Part shown: one piece after another, positions 16,776 through 24,670 of the stretch | Layout of the letters: each line of letters begins with the position of its first letter | How positions within the stretch are numbered: the first letter of the stretch is position 1 | From: Candidatus Pacearchaeota archaeon | GTDB lineage: Archaea; Nanobdellota; Nanobdellia; Pacearchaeales; GW2011-AR1 | Direction of reading: 5' to 3' | Length of the DNA: 64,000 nucleotides | Assembly: GCA_009694725.1 (NCBI GenBank) | Contig: SICV01000004.1 | Span: forward strand, 5,630 to 69,629 | The notes under the pieces: model-generated | The model's database searches: none | Told to the model about the DNA's origin: nothing | Seen by the model: the letters and a program-made list of their open reading frames with translations, nothing else | Position numbers and translations under genes: made by a program

Positions 16776-17714
16776 ATGGAGGTAGAAATACTCGCACAAG
16801 GAGCATCGGGCGTAATTGCCGGATTTTTTGCAGGAAGTGTAGCCGAATGGCCCATTCATAAATATATCTTACACAACCCCCGTGCAACCCTGCCCTTCAT
16901 TCAACATGCAACTAAAAGCCATCATTGGAATCATCATCCTGCATACGAACCCAATCAACACTATTTTGGAGACGGTACCAATGAACAAGCAGTCACCCAT
17001 TTTAGCAAAAAAGATATTACCTTAATTATGGGTCTAGCAACAAGCATTGGGGCCGTCTGTTCCCAAATACCTTCTCTAGTAAAGGGGAAATTGCAGATGA
17101 GGATACCTGAAGCAGCATTTACGGGGGGATTTCTAGTAGGTGCGGCAACATACTACACAATCTATGAAACAACCCATCATCTCATGCACACACTCAATGA
17201 ACGTAGACAAAAAATGTGGTATACACTCGGAGACGCAATTCAAGGGAATCAACCCGATGACCGTCTTCGTCTTTCTATTCCACTCTTAGAAACAATTGCT
17301 CAAGAAGCAAAAACGGGAAACTACGCTCAAACGACATATACTAAATTAGCTTACCAACTGAACGTAAATCGCGCAAGAAAAGAGGCACAGAGACCACACA
17401 TTATACTCACTGAAGAAGAAATCCCTGGACTCTTACAAAACCTTCCTCGAGAATCTACACGAGAAAAATCCTGGAGTAAACAATTCAAAGAATATGTTAT
17501 TGAACAAGTCCAGAGCTCCCCAACCTTTCAAGCAATGGCTCGACATCATTATATGCACCATATCGCAGATCATACTAATTTGAATGTCGTATTTCCCGGA
17601 CCCGATTGGATTATGGGCACAAAGATAACGAGCACTTCCCAGGTACTCGACGCAAAACCTACCCTCTGGCATCTCCCCAACCCCACCGCTCGGCGCATAC
17701 CCGTAAGAGCATAA
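16776..17714 (+). CDS. membrane histidine-box protein (fatty-acid hydroxylase/sterol desaturase superfamily-like)
   Basis: His boxes HKYILH, HHWNHH, THHLMH and HHYMHH, with hydrophobic segments. A large hydrophilic insertion precedes the last box. Confidence 0.45.
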   Translation: MEVEILAQGASGVIAGFFAGSVAEWPIHKYILHNPRATLPFIQHATKSHHWNHHPAYEPNQHYFGDGTNEQAVTHFSKKDITLIMGLATSIGAVCSQIPSLVKGKLQMRIPEAAFTGGFLVGAATYYTIYETTHHLMHTLNERRQKMWYTLGDAIQGNQPDDRLRLSIPLLETIAQEAKTGNYAQTTYTKLAYQLNVNRARKEAQRPHIILTEEEIPGLLQNLPRESTREKSWSKQFKEYVIEQVQSSPTFQAMARHHYMHHIADHTNLNVVFPGPDWIMGTKITSTSQVLDAKPTLWHLPNPTARRIPVRA

Positions 17715-17745
17715 ACCATAAATACTAACTCATCTCTGCTATTTC

Positions 17746-17931
17746 ATGCATCGCCCCGATGGAAGTATGGCCTGGTATGGCTATGTAGCATTACCTTTAA
17801 CGGTCACTGCAGGAGTCGCTATTTTCTGTGCATATCAAGCACTTTGGTATGGTCTAGGACTCTGCGCGCGAACACAGGAAGCACTTACCGGGCATACGCG
17901 AAGACCCCTCTCTCCACTCGAACGCTTCTAA
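17746..17931 (+). CDS. small single-TM hypothetical protein, 61 aa
   Basis: ATAAATAC box 28 nt upstream. One hydrophobic helix (YVALPLTVTAGVAIFCAY). Weak support. Confidence 0.3.
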   Translation: MHRPDGSMAWYGYVALPLTVTAGVAIFCAYQALWYGLGLCARTQEALTGHTRRPLSPLERF

Positions 17932-17938
17932 CAAGAAA

Positions 17939-18826
17939 TTATTCAAGAAGATTTAAGGCTTCTTTATCTTCGATAAATACGGACTTACAAATCGTTGAAA
18001 AATACGGAAGTGAATACACCAGCGCCCATTTTTCAGTTAAATACCGAGAACAACCAATGACGTTTACCCCCATTTTTCGTATAGCTTTAAATCGTGCCTT
18101 GTATGTTTTTTTATCATAGTCTGAAGCATTGTGCGTAATAACTCCCGTAATATACGTAGTAACTCCTCGTTCCTGTGCCTGTTCAATAAGTGCAGGAAGA
18201 AACCCTTCACCCGGCACCACTGCAACCTTTCCCACACAGTCCCCACACGCCTGCACTTTAACTCGATAATCAAGTACACCGGTAAGCCGTTTTACAAGCA
18301 GTGAAAGTTTTTTCTCGGGAACAGTCCCGACTAAAACCTGCTTCACCTGACCGCGAACACCCTCCTCTTCTAATTCTTCAGTTACTTTTAATTTCAAAAT
18401 CCGTGCAAACCCGTACGCACTGGAAACAACACTTTTTTTTCGATGTATCTCCAAAGGAACATGGAGCGAATACACTGAGATACCCATCCCTTCCATAAGT
18501 TGATACTCTCGTTCAGTAAAAAAAAGAAATCCAGGGCCCGTTCGTCTCCCATCCCAATCAAAAGGATTTTTGACAACCAATAAACAATTAACAATTCCAC
18601 GCATGCGTATCTCTTCTAACACATATCTGCTCGGAGAACAAGCGAGATAGATCCGCTGAACTTCTTGAGAATTGTGAATCATTAAACCTGTATTCTTTCC
18701 TTTTTTTCTAAAAGAAGCACATGACTTTTCTACAAAAAGTGCATCGAACATATACGCCCAATCATCCTTAACAGTGTCAATAGCAAAATCCTGATCCAAT
18801 TTCGAAACAATAGTCTTCAATTCCAT
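17939..18826 (-). CDS. NIF3-like (dinuclear metal centre family) protein, divergent
   Basis: N-terminal layout (MELKTIVSKLDQDFAI...DDWAY), a mid block ISVYSLHVPLE and C-terminal GVTTYITGVITH resemble NIF3. The usual HHP motif is not conserved. Confidence 0.35.
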   Translation of the reverse strand: MELKTIVSKLDQDFAIDTVKDDWAYMFDALFVEKSCASFRKKGKNTGLMIHNSQEVQRIYLACSPSRYVLEEIRMRGIVNCLLVVKNPFDWDGRRTGPGFLFFTEREYQLMEGMGISVYSLHVPLEIHRKKSVVSSAYGFARILKLKVTEELEEEGVRGQVKQVLVGTVPEKKLSLLVKRLTGVLDYRVKVQACGDCVGKVAVVPGEGFLPALIEQAQERGVTTYITGVITHNASDYDKKTYKARFKAIRKMGVNVIGCSRYLTEKWALVYSLPYFSTICKSVFIEDKEALNLLE

Positions 18827-19053
18827 AGGGTGCTCTACGAAAGAAGAGCTTATAGATGTTTAAGAAAATTTACTGCAAGCCTTTCTGAATATGAATTTTG
18901 AAAGGAGTGATAAACTTTTTCTCTGGCTTCTTCTCTTTACGTTCCTTATTCTGCTTCCGCACCCATTTAGCTCGTCGTTTCATCGCTAACCGCATTGTTT
19001 TTCTCATTAACATAGTAAGAAATTGAAGGTTATAAACTCGATTCTGAATGAAC

Positions 19054-19125
19054 TGGCCCTTACCAGAATCGAACTGGTGCATGCTCGGTGTAAACGAGCC
19101 GGTCTAACCACTAGCCTAAAGGGCC
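19054..19125 (-). tRNA. tRNA-Val (anticodon UAC)
   Basis: Hand-folded cloverleaf: GGCCCUU/AAGGGCC acceptor, GCUCG-UUUACAC-CGAGC anticodon arm, ACCAG-UUCGAUU-CUGGU T arm, discriminator A. No encoded CCA. Confidence 0.9.
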
Positions 19126-19172
19126 TCTCCTCACTTGTCAGGGAGCGCTCTTAAAAACGTTTCTACCTCAAA

Positions 19173-19745
19173 TTACCCACTACGTTGTTGATAACATTTC
19201 TCTAACGCCTTCAGAACAGAAGGAAGCTCAGTAATTCCATCGTCATCAGCAAAATGTCCCTTCCCATCGTCAATCACTAATTCCGCGCCCAACTCTGCTT
19301 GTAGCTCTAAGACCTTCCCAAAGGGCACCGCTGGGTCTTTCCGCCCGCCAATAACAATCGATTTAATAACCCGTTGCTGAATCTCTCCAAACGCAAACGG
19401 TGCATTTGTAAATGAATCAAGTTCATGAGCATCATCTAATGTAGAACAAAAACCAGCAACTAATACCATCCCTCCAATGCGTGTATCTGCAGGCAAGGTC
19501 TCCAGATAGCGTAAAATCGCGGCACACCCCAAGCTATGCCCCACAAAATACGTGTGCTTATCAGGATCGGGTATCGCATCTTTCAAAACGCCCAACCATT
19601 CCTCAAGTTGAGGGTGCTCTCCACCCGGTAACTGCGGGGCACTCCATTTCCACCCCTTCTGCTCAAGCTGAGCTTGCAACCAAGGTTTCCAGGAATCTGT
19701 CGGATCCCCATCCCACCCATGCACCAATACAACACGTTTCGCCAT
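19173..19745 (-). CDS. alpha/beta serine hydrolase, YdeN/RBBP9-like family
   Basis: VVLVHGW...GHSLG nucleophile elbow, then later D (GRKDPAVP) and H (GKGHF). Length is ~190 aa. Confidence 0.8.
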   Translation of the reverse strand: MAKRVVLVHGWDGDPTDSWKPWLQAQLEQKGWKWSAPQLPGGEHPQLEEWLGVLKDAIPDPDKHTYFVGHSLGCAAILRYLETLPADTRIGGMVLVAGFCSTLDDAHELDSFTNAPFAFGEIQQRVIKSIVIGGRKDPAVPFGKVLELQAELGAELVIDDGKGHFADDDGITELPSVLKALEKCYQQRSG

Positions 19746-19852
19746 ACCAATAAAGAGAAATAAGATTTAATAAAGATACGCCTAGAAACATCGTGAAATA
19801 TACCCTCCAAAATAAGCTACTCAAAACGTACATCCGATACTAAATAAAAATT

Positions 19853-20095
19853 TCATCGCACTTCCAACCCTAATCGATGAGCTTCCAATCGTAACGCGGG
19901 CACACATTTCTTCTTTGTAAATGCACAAATCACACAACATGCAGTCACCGGAACAACCGTTCGCACCCCACACCCATCACAATCAAAATACCCTGGGCTC
20001 GCATCAAGCGGCACCTTTCGTGTACACACCTTAGTACATGCTCGACAGGTAATCGATGCAATCTTTGGAATACGCAGAACTCTTTTTCTCCCCAT
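19853..20095 (-). CDS. small cysteine-rich protein, 80 aa
   Basis: The ATG at 20095 lies 10 nt downstream of the tRNA-Gly 3' end. Eleven Cys, including CRAC, CDGCG and CCVIC. The track's longer TTG start overlaps the tRNA. Confidence 0.45.
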   Translation of the reverse strand: MGRKRVLRIPKIASITCRACTKVCTRKVPLDASPGYFDCDGCGVRTVVPVTACCVICAFTKKKCVPALRLEAHRLGLEVR

Positions 20096-20105
20096 GGTCC
20101 CTATA

Positions 20106-20177
20106 TGCGGCCATCGGGAATCGAACCCGACTCTGCTCGTTGGCAACGAGCCGTTCTAACCGATGAACTATGGCCGC
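20106..20177 (-). tRNA. tRNA-Gly (anticodon GCC)
   Basis: GCGGCCA/UGGCCGC acceptor, GUUC..GAAC D arm, GCUCG-UUGCCAA-CGAGC anticodon arm, UCGGG-UUCGAUU-CCCGA T arm, discriminator A. Confidence 0.9.
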
Positions 20178-20216
20178 GTAAAAATGAATAGAATAGTGAT
20201 GTTATAAAGAAAGCGG

Positions 20217-20375
20217 TTAGTAGGAAACAGGGGCTGGACCATACTGCGGAGAAGCATACGTCCCTGAACCATACGCTCGTCCAGGAGCACTCGGAGTATA
20301 AATGCACGAAGTATCAATACCTTCTGCTGCCTGCTTAAACTCTCGAATCGTGACGCAATTTTCAGCTTCGCACAT
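20217..20375 (-). CDS. micro-ORF, 52 aa (MCEAENCVTIREFKQAAEGIDTSC...), coupled to the upstream micro-ORF
   Basis: Its ATG lies 2 nt after the stop of 20378-20506. It is below the length cut-off of the ORF track. No motif recognised. Confidence 0.3.
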   Translation of the reverse strand: MCEAENCVTIREFKQAAEGIDTSCIYTPSAPGRAYGSGTYASPQYGPAPVSY

Positions 20376-20377
20376 GT

Positions 20378-20506
20378 TTACCAGTACTCGTCCTTATCAA
20401 CTTTGGGCTTCGTATCTTTCTTTTCGTCGTCGTCGTCAAAAAAAGCTTCGTCATCATCCATATCGAATGCTTCTTCATCAGTTATTGGTTTTTTTGTTGT
20501 TGCCAT
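20378..20506 (-). CDS. micro-ORF, 42 aa, highly acidic (MATTKKPITDEEAFDMDDDEAFFDDDDEKKD...)
   Basis: Preceded by a strong SD-like GGGGGTGAT about 10 nt upstream, and by TTTATATA (plus-strand 20550-20557) about 50 nt upstream. Confidence 0.35.
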   Translation of the reverse strand: MATTKKPITDEEAFDMDDDEAFFDDDDEKKDTKPKVDKDEYW

Positions 20507-20671
20507 AGCGTAGTCAATCACCCCCTACATCTTCCGCTTGAAAAAATGCTATATAAAGCTTACTGTGTCACCTTTCTCCCAGGAAGATACACCGCAGAAG
20601 TGCCACATCTATATAAACATCCACTCACATAAACACCCTATAATCAAATAGAGGCAATTTCAAAACAACGC

Positions 20672-22135
20672 ATGCAACCTACCTTTTCTTCGGCTGAAAA
20701 AAAACTACTTATCATAAGTGTGCTCTGCATACTCGGGATACTTGCACTCGAAACACTCTTCTGGGGAAGTAGGGGATTTTTTTATGATGAAGCCTGGGTT
20801 GCTAATTCTATTAATGAACCGCGTATCGAAAAAATGCTCTTTTATGAAAAAGTAGCGCAAAATACACCCGTGGGGATGCTCCTCCTCCTGCGAGGGCTTG
20901 TTGCCATCTTCGGAGACCAGGAATGGGTCTATCGCCTTCCAGCTCTTGGTGCTACATTGCTCTGCATTCCGATACTCATACTGCTGGGCAAACAACTCGT
21001 CCTCTCTTCACAAACAATCAGGTATGCCGTGCTTCTCTTCACCCTCCATCCCCTCGTACTCCAATACAGCCAAGAAGCAAAGCAATACCCTTTTGATATG
21101 CTCAGCATACTGGGAATTTTTTCACTGTATCTCGCCTATCAACACAAGCCCACTTCTGAGCGAAGTACCTGGTTCATCGGAGGAAGCATCTTCAGCTTCT
21201 TCTTTTCGTATGTAACGCCCTTTGCACTGGGCGGCATTGCCTGTAAAGAAACGTATACCTGGTATCGCACCAAGAAATTCCCCACTCTCCCCGTTACCCA
21301 ACTCATAATGAGTACACTTTCCATAGGCATCATCTATCTCACCGCCTATCACCCTAATCACACATCTGCACTCCATTACCTCTGGATACTTAATGGAGGA
21401 TTTCCGACATATACTTCATGGTATGAGCCCTTAGGGTTTATTATCAAGAGCTTCTATCGCCTTGCCGGTTCATTCTCCCATACTTTTGTCGGACCAGTAC
21501 TCCTCCCCCTTATCATCCTTGGAATATATCGTTTAGGAAAAAATGCGTGCTACAATCAGTATGTTCTAGGCGTCTGTGCAACCATGATAGGCACAGTACT
21601 GATCGGCGCGTATCCATTCAGTCAGAACGTTATGAATATTCGTGTCCAACTTTTCCTCCTCCCACTCCTCTGCATATATGTGGGAGAAGCCCTCGCCTCT
21701 GGCGAACGTAACATCAAACACCCCACACTATTCTTCTGGTGCGTTCTCATCGGAATGTGTGGAATCACGGCCTATGCTCTTTCAATTCCCACCTATGGCC
21801 GCACCAATGATATGAGCTATGTATTCAATGAATATCTCAAAAACTACGAGGGGGAAGAAACACTCATCGCGAGTGCCCTTCGACCAGAATTTGAACATTA
21901 TATCAGTGATCCAAAAAAAACAAACAATGTCTCACTCATGATAAGTAGAAGTGCAAAAGAATATGGGCCCTGGATAGACGACTATATACGCAACCATACC
22001 AACAGCTCATTCTGGTTCATCCCAAGTCCTGCAAGCGCTGAACCCCGTACTGCAGTAAACAAATTCAAAGCAAATTGCACGATTATATATGAATACCATC
22101 ACCTCAAAAGTGAACTCTATTATATTCGCTGTTAG
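20672..22135 (+). CDS. GT-C fold membrane glycosyltransferase (ArnT/PMT, GT39/GT83-like)
   Basis: More than 10 hydrophobic helices. A DE-containing first loop (FFYDEAWVANSI) is typical of ArnT/PMT-type enzymes. Soluble C-terminal domain. Confidence 0.55.
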   Translation: MQPTFSSAEKKLLIISVLCILGILALETLFWGSRGFFYDEAWVANSINEPRIEKMLFYEKVAQNTPVGMLLLLRGLVAIFGDQEWVYRLPALGATLLCIPILILLGKQLVLSSQTIRYAVLLFTLHPLVLQYSQEAKQYPFDMLSILGIFSLYLAYQHKPTSERSTWFIGGSIFSFFFSYVTPFALGGIACKETYTWYRTKKFPTLPVTQLIMSTLSIGIIYLTAYHPNHTSALHYLWILNGGFPTYTSWYEPLGFIIKSFYRLAGSFSHTFVGPVLLPLIILGIYRLGKNACYNQYVLGVCATMIGTVLIGAYPFSQNVMNIRVQLFLLPLLCIYVGEALASGERNIKHPTLFFWCVLIGMCGITAYALSIPTYGRTNDMSYVFNEYLKNYEGEETLIASALRPEFEHYISDPKKTNNVSLMISRSAKEYGPWIDDYIRNHTNSSFWFIPSPASAEPRTAVNKFKANCTIIYEYHHLKSELYYIRC

Positions 22136-22174
22136 ACACGATATGCTTTTAAAAGAAAAGAAAGCATGAAGGCC

Positions 22175-22399
22175 ATGGATCCAACAGATACACGCATTGC
22201 TCATATCTCTCAGAAAAAATTCTTTTCAAAAGATGACCTCATTGTAGAATGTGTAGACGTTACATTCTGGAGCGGAGATAAAAGTCTTCTCTACGCACTC
22301 GGTATTACCCCCTATCAAGGAGAAAGCTATGACCTAAAACATAGTCGTCATAGAAAAGACCAACAAAGGACATCCGGAGACATAGTGGGGCCCCTCTAG
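22175..22399 (+). CDS. small hypothetical protein, 74 aa
   Basis: The second in-frame ATG (22175) is 28 nt from the TTTTAAAA box at 22147. No motif recognised. Confidence 0.3.
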   Translation: MDPTDTRIAHISQKKFFSKDDLIVECVDVTFWSGDKSLLYALGITPYQGESYDLKHSRHRKDQQRTSGDIVGPL

Positions 22400-22462
22400 A
22401 AACAATTGTTGAATATCGTGTGCTCGAACGACTTTAAATAACGCTCCGTACTGTATCTGCTT

Positions 22463-23341
22463 ATGGAACTACATCTCGCCCCACTTGAAAATGTGTCCTG
22501 CTGGGCATTTAGGAGCCTCTACACCGGGGCTTCCGATTCCTACACAGGTATGCTCAGCCTTACCAATTTAACAAAAAGAGCAACTACTTGGGAAGAAGTA
22601 GACACATTCCCTATAGAAGGACAAAGACAATGGATTCAAATAGCCACCGCAAAAGAAACCGAATGTGCTACATTTCTCACAAAATTAGAAGAAGAGCTAC
22701 AGAAACACCCTGAAAAGGACACGATCTATGGAATTCAACTCAATTGTTCCTGTCCTTCCCCCCAATTGATCAGGTTAGGTCAAGGGCCTGCACTGATCAA
22801 ACGCACAACAAAAGTAGGCAAGCTCCTTCGGGAATTGTTGAAACAAACAAAATATAAAATAGGGATAAAAGTAAGACTCGGCTTAAATGAATATGAAGTA
22901 GCCCAACGAAAAATAATCACCTTATGTCGAGAACTCGAGAAACTAGCACACGAAAATGCAAACTTCACCAATGTAACGATTCACTTCAAACATGCGCAAG
23001 AGCCCTCATCAAAAGCGTATAGCTATTCACTACTCAATGAAATAGCTTCTTTCAAAATACCCCTCATCATCAATGGAGGCATAACAAATGAAAAGGATAT
23101 CCAAAGGGTACTCGCACATATCGAGCCAGCAAATAGAAAAAACATCAAAGGAATAATGATCGGGAGAGAAGCAATGAAAAATCCAAATTGTTTTTTAGAA
23201 ATGAACCAAGAAGCAAAGAGCCAGAATCAAGAAACACGAATAATAAAAAATGAATTTAAAGCATTATGTGCTCAACATCAACCCAAGCAGATCTACCTCA
23301 CAACGATTGCAGAAAAAACAAAACCGGGCCTTTTTCTCTAG
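22463..23341 (+). CDS. tRNA-dihydrouridine synthase (Dus)-like FMN TIM-barrel protein
   Basis: LAPLENVSCWAFRSL, IQLNCSCPSP...GQGPALIKR, KVRLG and IINGGI..EKDIQ resemble Dus family motifs. TATA box 30 nt upstream. Confidence 0.6.
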   Translation: MELHLAPLENVSCWAFRSLYTGASDSYTGMLSLTNLTKRATTWEEVDTFPIEGQRQWIQIATAKETECATFLTKLEEELQKHPEKDTIYGIQLNCSCPSPQLIRLGQGPALIKRTTKVGKLLRELLKQTKYKIGIKVRLGLNEYEVAQRKIITLCRELEKLAHENANFTNVTIHFKHAQEPSSKAYSYSLLNEIASFKIPLIINGGITNEKDIQRVLAHIEPANRKNIKGIMIGREAMKNPNCFLEMNQEAKSQNQETRIIKNEFKALCAQHQPKQIYLTTIAEKTKPGLFL

Positions 23342-23503
23342 TTACAGTTGACCAGTTTGAGTAAACTTTTTCATTGCCTGTTCAAGAATAATCTGGGGGG
23401 CAAACCCTTTTCTACTAACTGCTTTCATAAATTCGTCAAAAACAGTCTGATCGACCATATAGTCAAGTTTACGTTTCTTTGCTCCAGGGGGTGATGCTGC
23501 CAT
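23342..23503 (-). CDS. ribbon-helix-helix (CopG/Arc-like) small DNA-binding protein, 53 aa
   Basis: MAASPPGAKKRKLDYMVDQTVFDEFMKAVSRKGFAPQIILEQAMKKF fits a beta-strand plus two-helix pattern. Its own TTTATATA box (plus-strand 23525-23532) lies 29 nt upstream. Too short for the ORF track. Confidence 0.55.
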   Translation of the reverse strand: MAASPPGAKKRKLDYMVDQTVFDEFMKAVSRKGFAPQIILEQAMKKFTQTGQL

Positions 23504-23554
23504 AAAAAGAAGAAGTAGAGAGCGTATATAAACCTACCAGAGAAAAATCAGACG

Positions 23555-24088
23555 TTACAATAATTCTTTTCGAATCAATTTATGAGCAGCGTTAATTCGT
23601 TGAAACATACGATGATCTCCTTCAGGCATATCGGGATGATATTTCCGGGCTAAATCCTTGTATTTTTTACTAATAACCTCAAAATCGCATTCGCTCGCAT
23701 CAACTCCCAACGTTTTTCGTGCTTCCACTAGTTGATCAGATAAATCATCATCTTCGGAAAATTCATGAGCAAATTGATCAAGTGTGATCTCCTCGGAGAG
23801 TAATTTCGCCACTTCAAGCGTAAGCACTTTATCGAGAATATAGAGATTTTCAACAAATCGAGGTAGTAAAGAATAGCTATATTTAAGATTCCGACTTTCA
23901 AAATACCAAGAAACAGAAGCCGGGGCTTTTTTCCGAGCCATTTTTTCCATAGGGAGTAAAATATAATCCCGATCAACACCGAGCAATTTTAAAGTAAGAA
24001 GAATTTTATTCTGAATCTGTACCGCTCTTCGATCAAACGAGTCGGTAATAGACGGTGCTTCAATGAGATTACCTTTAATTTTAAGCAT
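23555..24088 (-). CDS. J-domain protein (C-terminal J domain, unknown N-terminal domain), 177 aa
   Basis: C-terminal ISKKYKDLARKYHPDMPEGDHRMFQRINAAHKLI carries the HPD tripeptide. The N-terminal ~115 aa are not recognised. Transcribed divergently from grpE. Confidence 0.75.
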   Translation of the reverse strand: MLKIKGNLIEAPSITDSFDRRAVQIQNKILLTLKLLGVDRDYILLPMEKMARKKAPASVSWYFESRNLKYSYSLLPRFVENLYILDKVLTLEVAKLLSEEITLDQFAHEFSEDDDLSDQLVEARKTLGVDASECDFEVISKKYKDLARKYHPDMPEGDHRMFQRINAAHKLIRKELL

Positions 24089-24110
24089 AAAGGAAGAGTG
24101 AAAAAAGTGA

Positions 24111-24118
24111 TTTATAAA
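24111..24118 (-). promoter_or_regulatory. TATA box (TTTATAAA) for the J-domain gene
   Basis: Its distal edge is 30 nt from the ATG at 24088. Confidence 0.5.
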
Positions 24119-24149
24119 GGTGAGCTCTACCCCTCACCCGAGCGGATCC

Positions 24150-24157
24150 TTTATAAG
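24150..24157 (+). promoter_or_regulatory. TATA box (TTTATAAG) for grpE-dnaK
   Basis: Starts 29 nt upstream of the ATG at 24179. Confidence 0.5.
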
Positions 24158-24178
24158 GGGGGAGACGAAGAAAGAAGT

Positions 24179-24670
24179 ATGGAAGAAAAAACAGAAGAAG
24201 CACACTCAATAGACAAAGCACAGCCTATTCCCAAAGGAGAAGAAACAACTCCGGTCAAAACAAAAGACGAAGACTATGTTGAAAAAATACAACGATTACA
24301 AGCAGAATTCGATAATGCTCGCAAAAGAACTGAAAAAGAAAGAACAGCCCTTATTCAGAACGCCAATATGCACCTGATCACCCAACTATTGCCAGTCCTC
24401 GACAATTTTGAATTATCCCTCAAGAATACATCCGATAAAGGGGTACGCATGATATACGAAGAATTACTCGCCATTTTAGAAAAACAGGGAGTTACCACCA
24501 TAGAAACAAAGGGGCAATTTAACCCCCATATACACGAAGTAGTCTTAAAAGTGGCAGGAGAAAAAGAAGGAGTTATCCTCGAGGAAATTCAGAAGGGTTA
24601 TATGCTAAACCATAAGCTTTTAAGGGCATCAAAGATTAAAATAAGTACAGTAGCAACACACCATGAATAA
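24179..24670 (+). CDS. grpE: nucleotide exchange factor GrpE
   Basis: [12 protein letters not shown]..., LLPVLDNFE and the C-terminal beta domain are typical of GrpE. The stop overlaps the dnaK start (ATGAATAA). The track's GTG start at 24098 would contain both TATA boxes. Confidence 0.9.
   Translation: MEEKTEEAHSIDKAQPIPKGEETTPVKTKDEDYVEKIQRLQAEFDNARKRTEKERTALIQNANMHLITQLLPVLDNFELSLKNTSDKGVRMIYEELLAILEKQGVTTIETKGQFNPHIHEVVLKVAGEKEGVILEEIQKGYMLNHKLLRASKIKISTVATHHE

Noticed and set aside
15648-17714. A complete Pycsar-type defence operon around the PycTM-like gene
   Set aside because: The neighbouring genes are a VIT1 transporter and a His-box membrane enzyme. No cyclase, TIR or other signalling gene is present.
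18870-19082. 70-aa ORF next to or over tRNA-Val, and a residual 47-aa basic ORF from the internal ATG at 19013
   Set aside because: The N-terminus overlaps the tRNA gene. The residual ORF has no spaced TATA or SD and no recognisable family, so it is not listed as a feature.
24098-24178. GTG-initiated N-terminal extension of GrpE
   Set aside because: The extension contains both TATA boxes of the divergent promoter region. The ATG at 24179 has canonical spacing, and GrpE homology starts after it.
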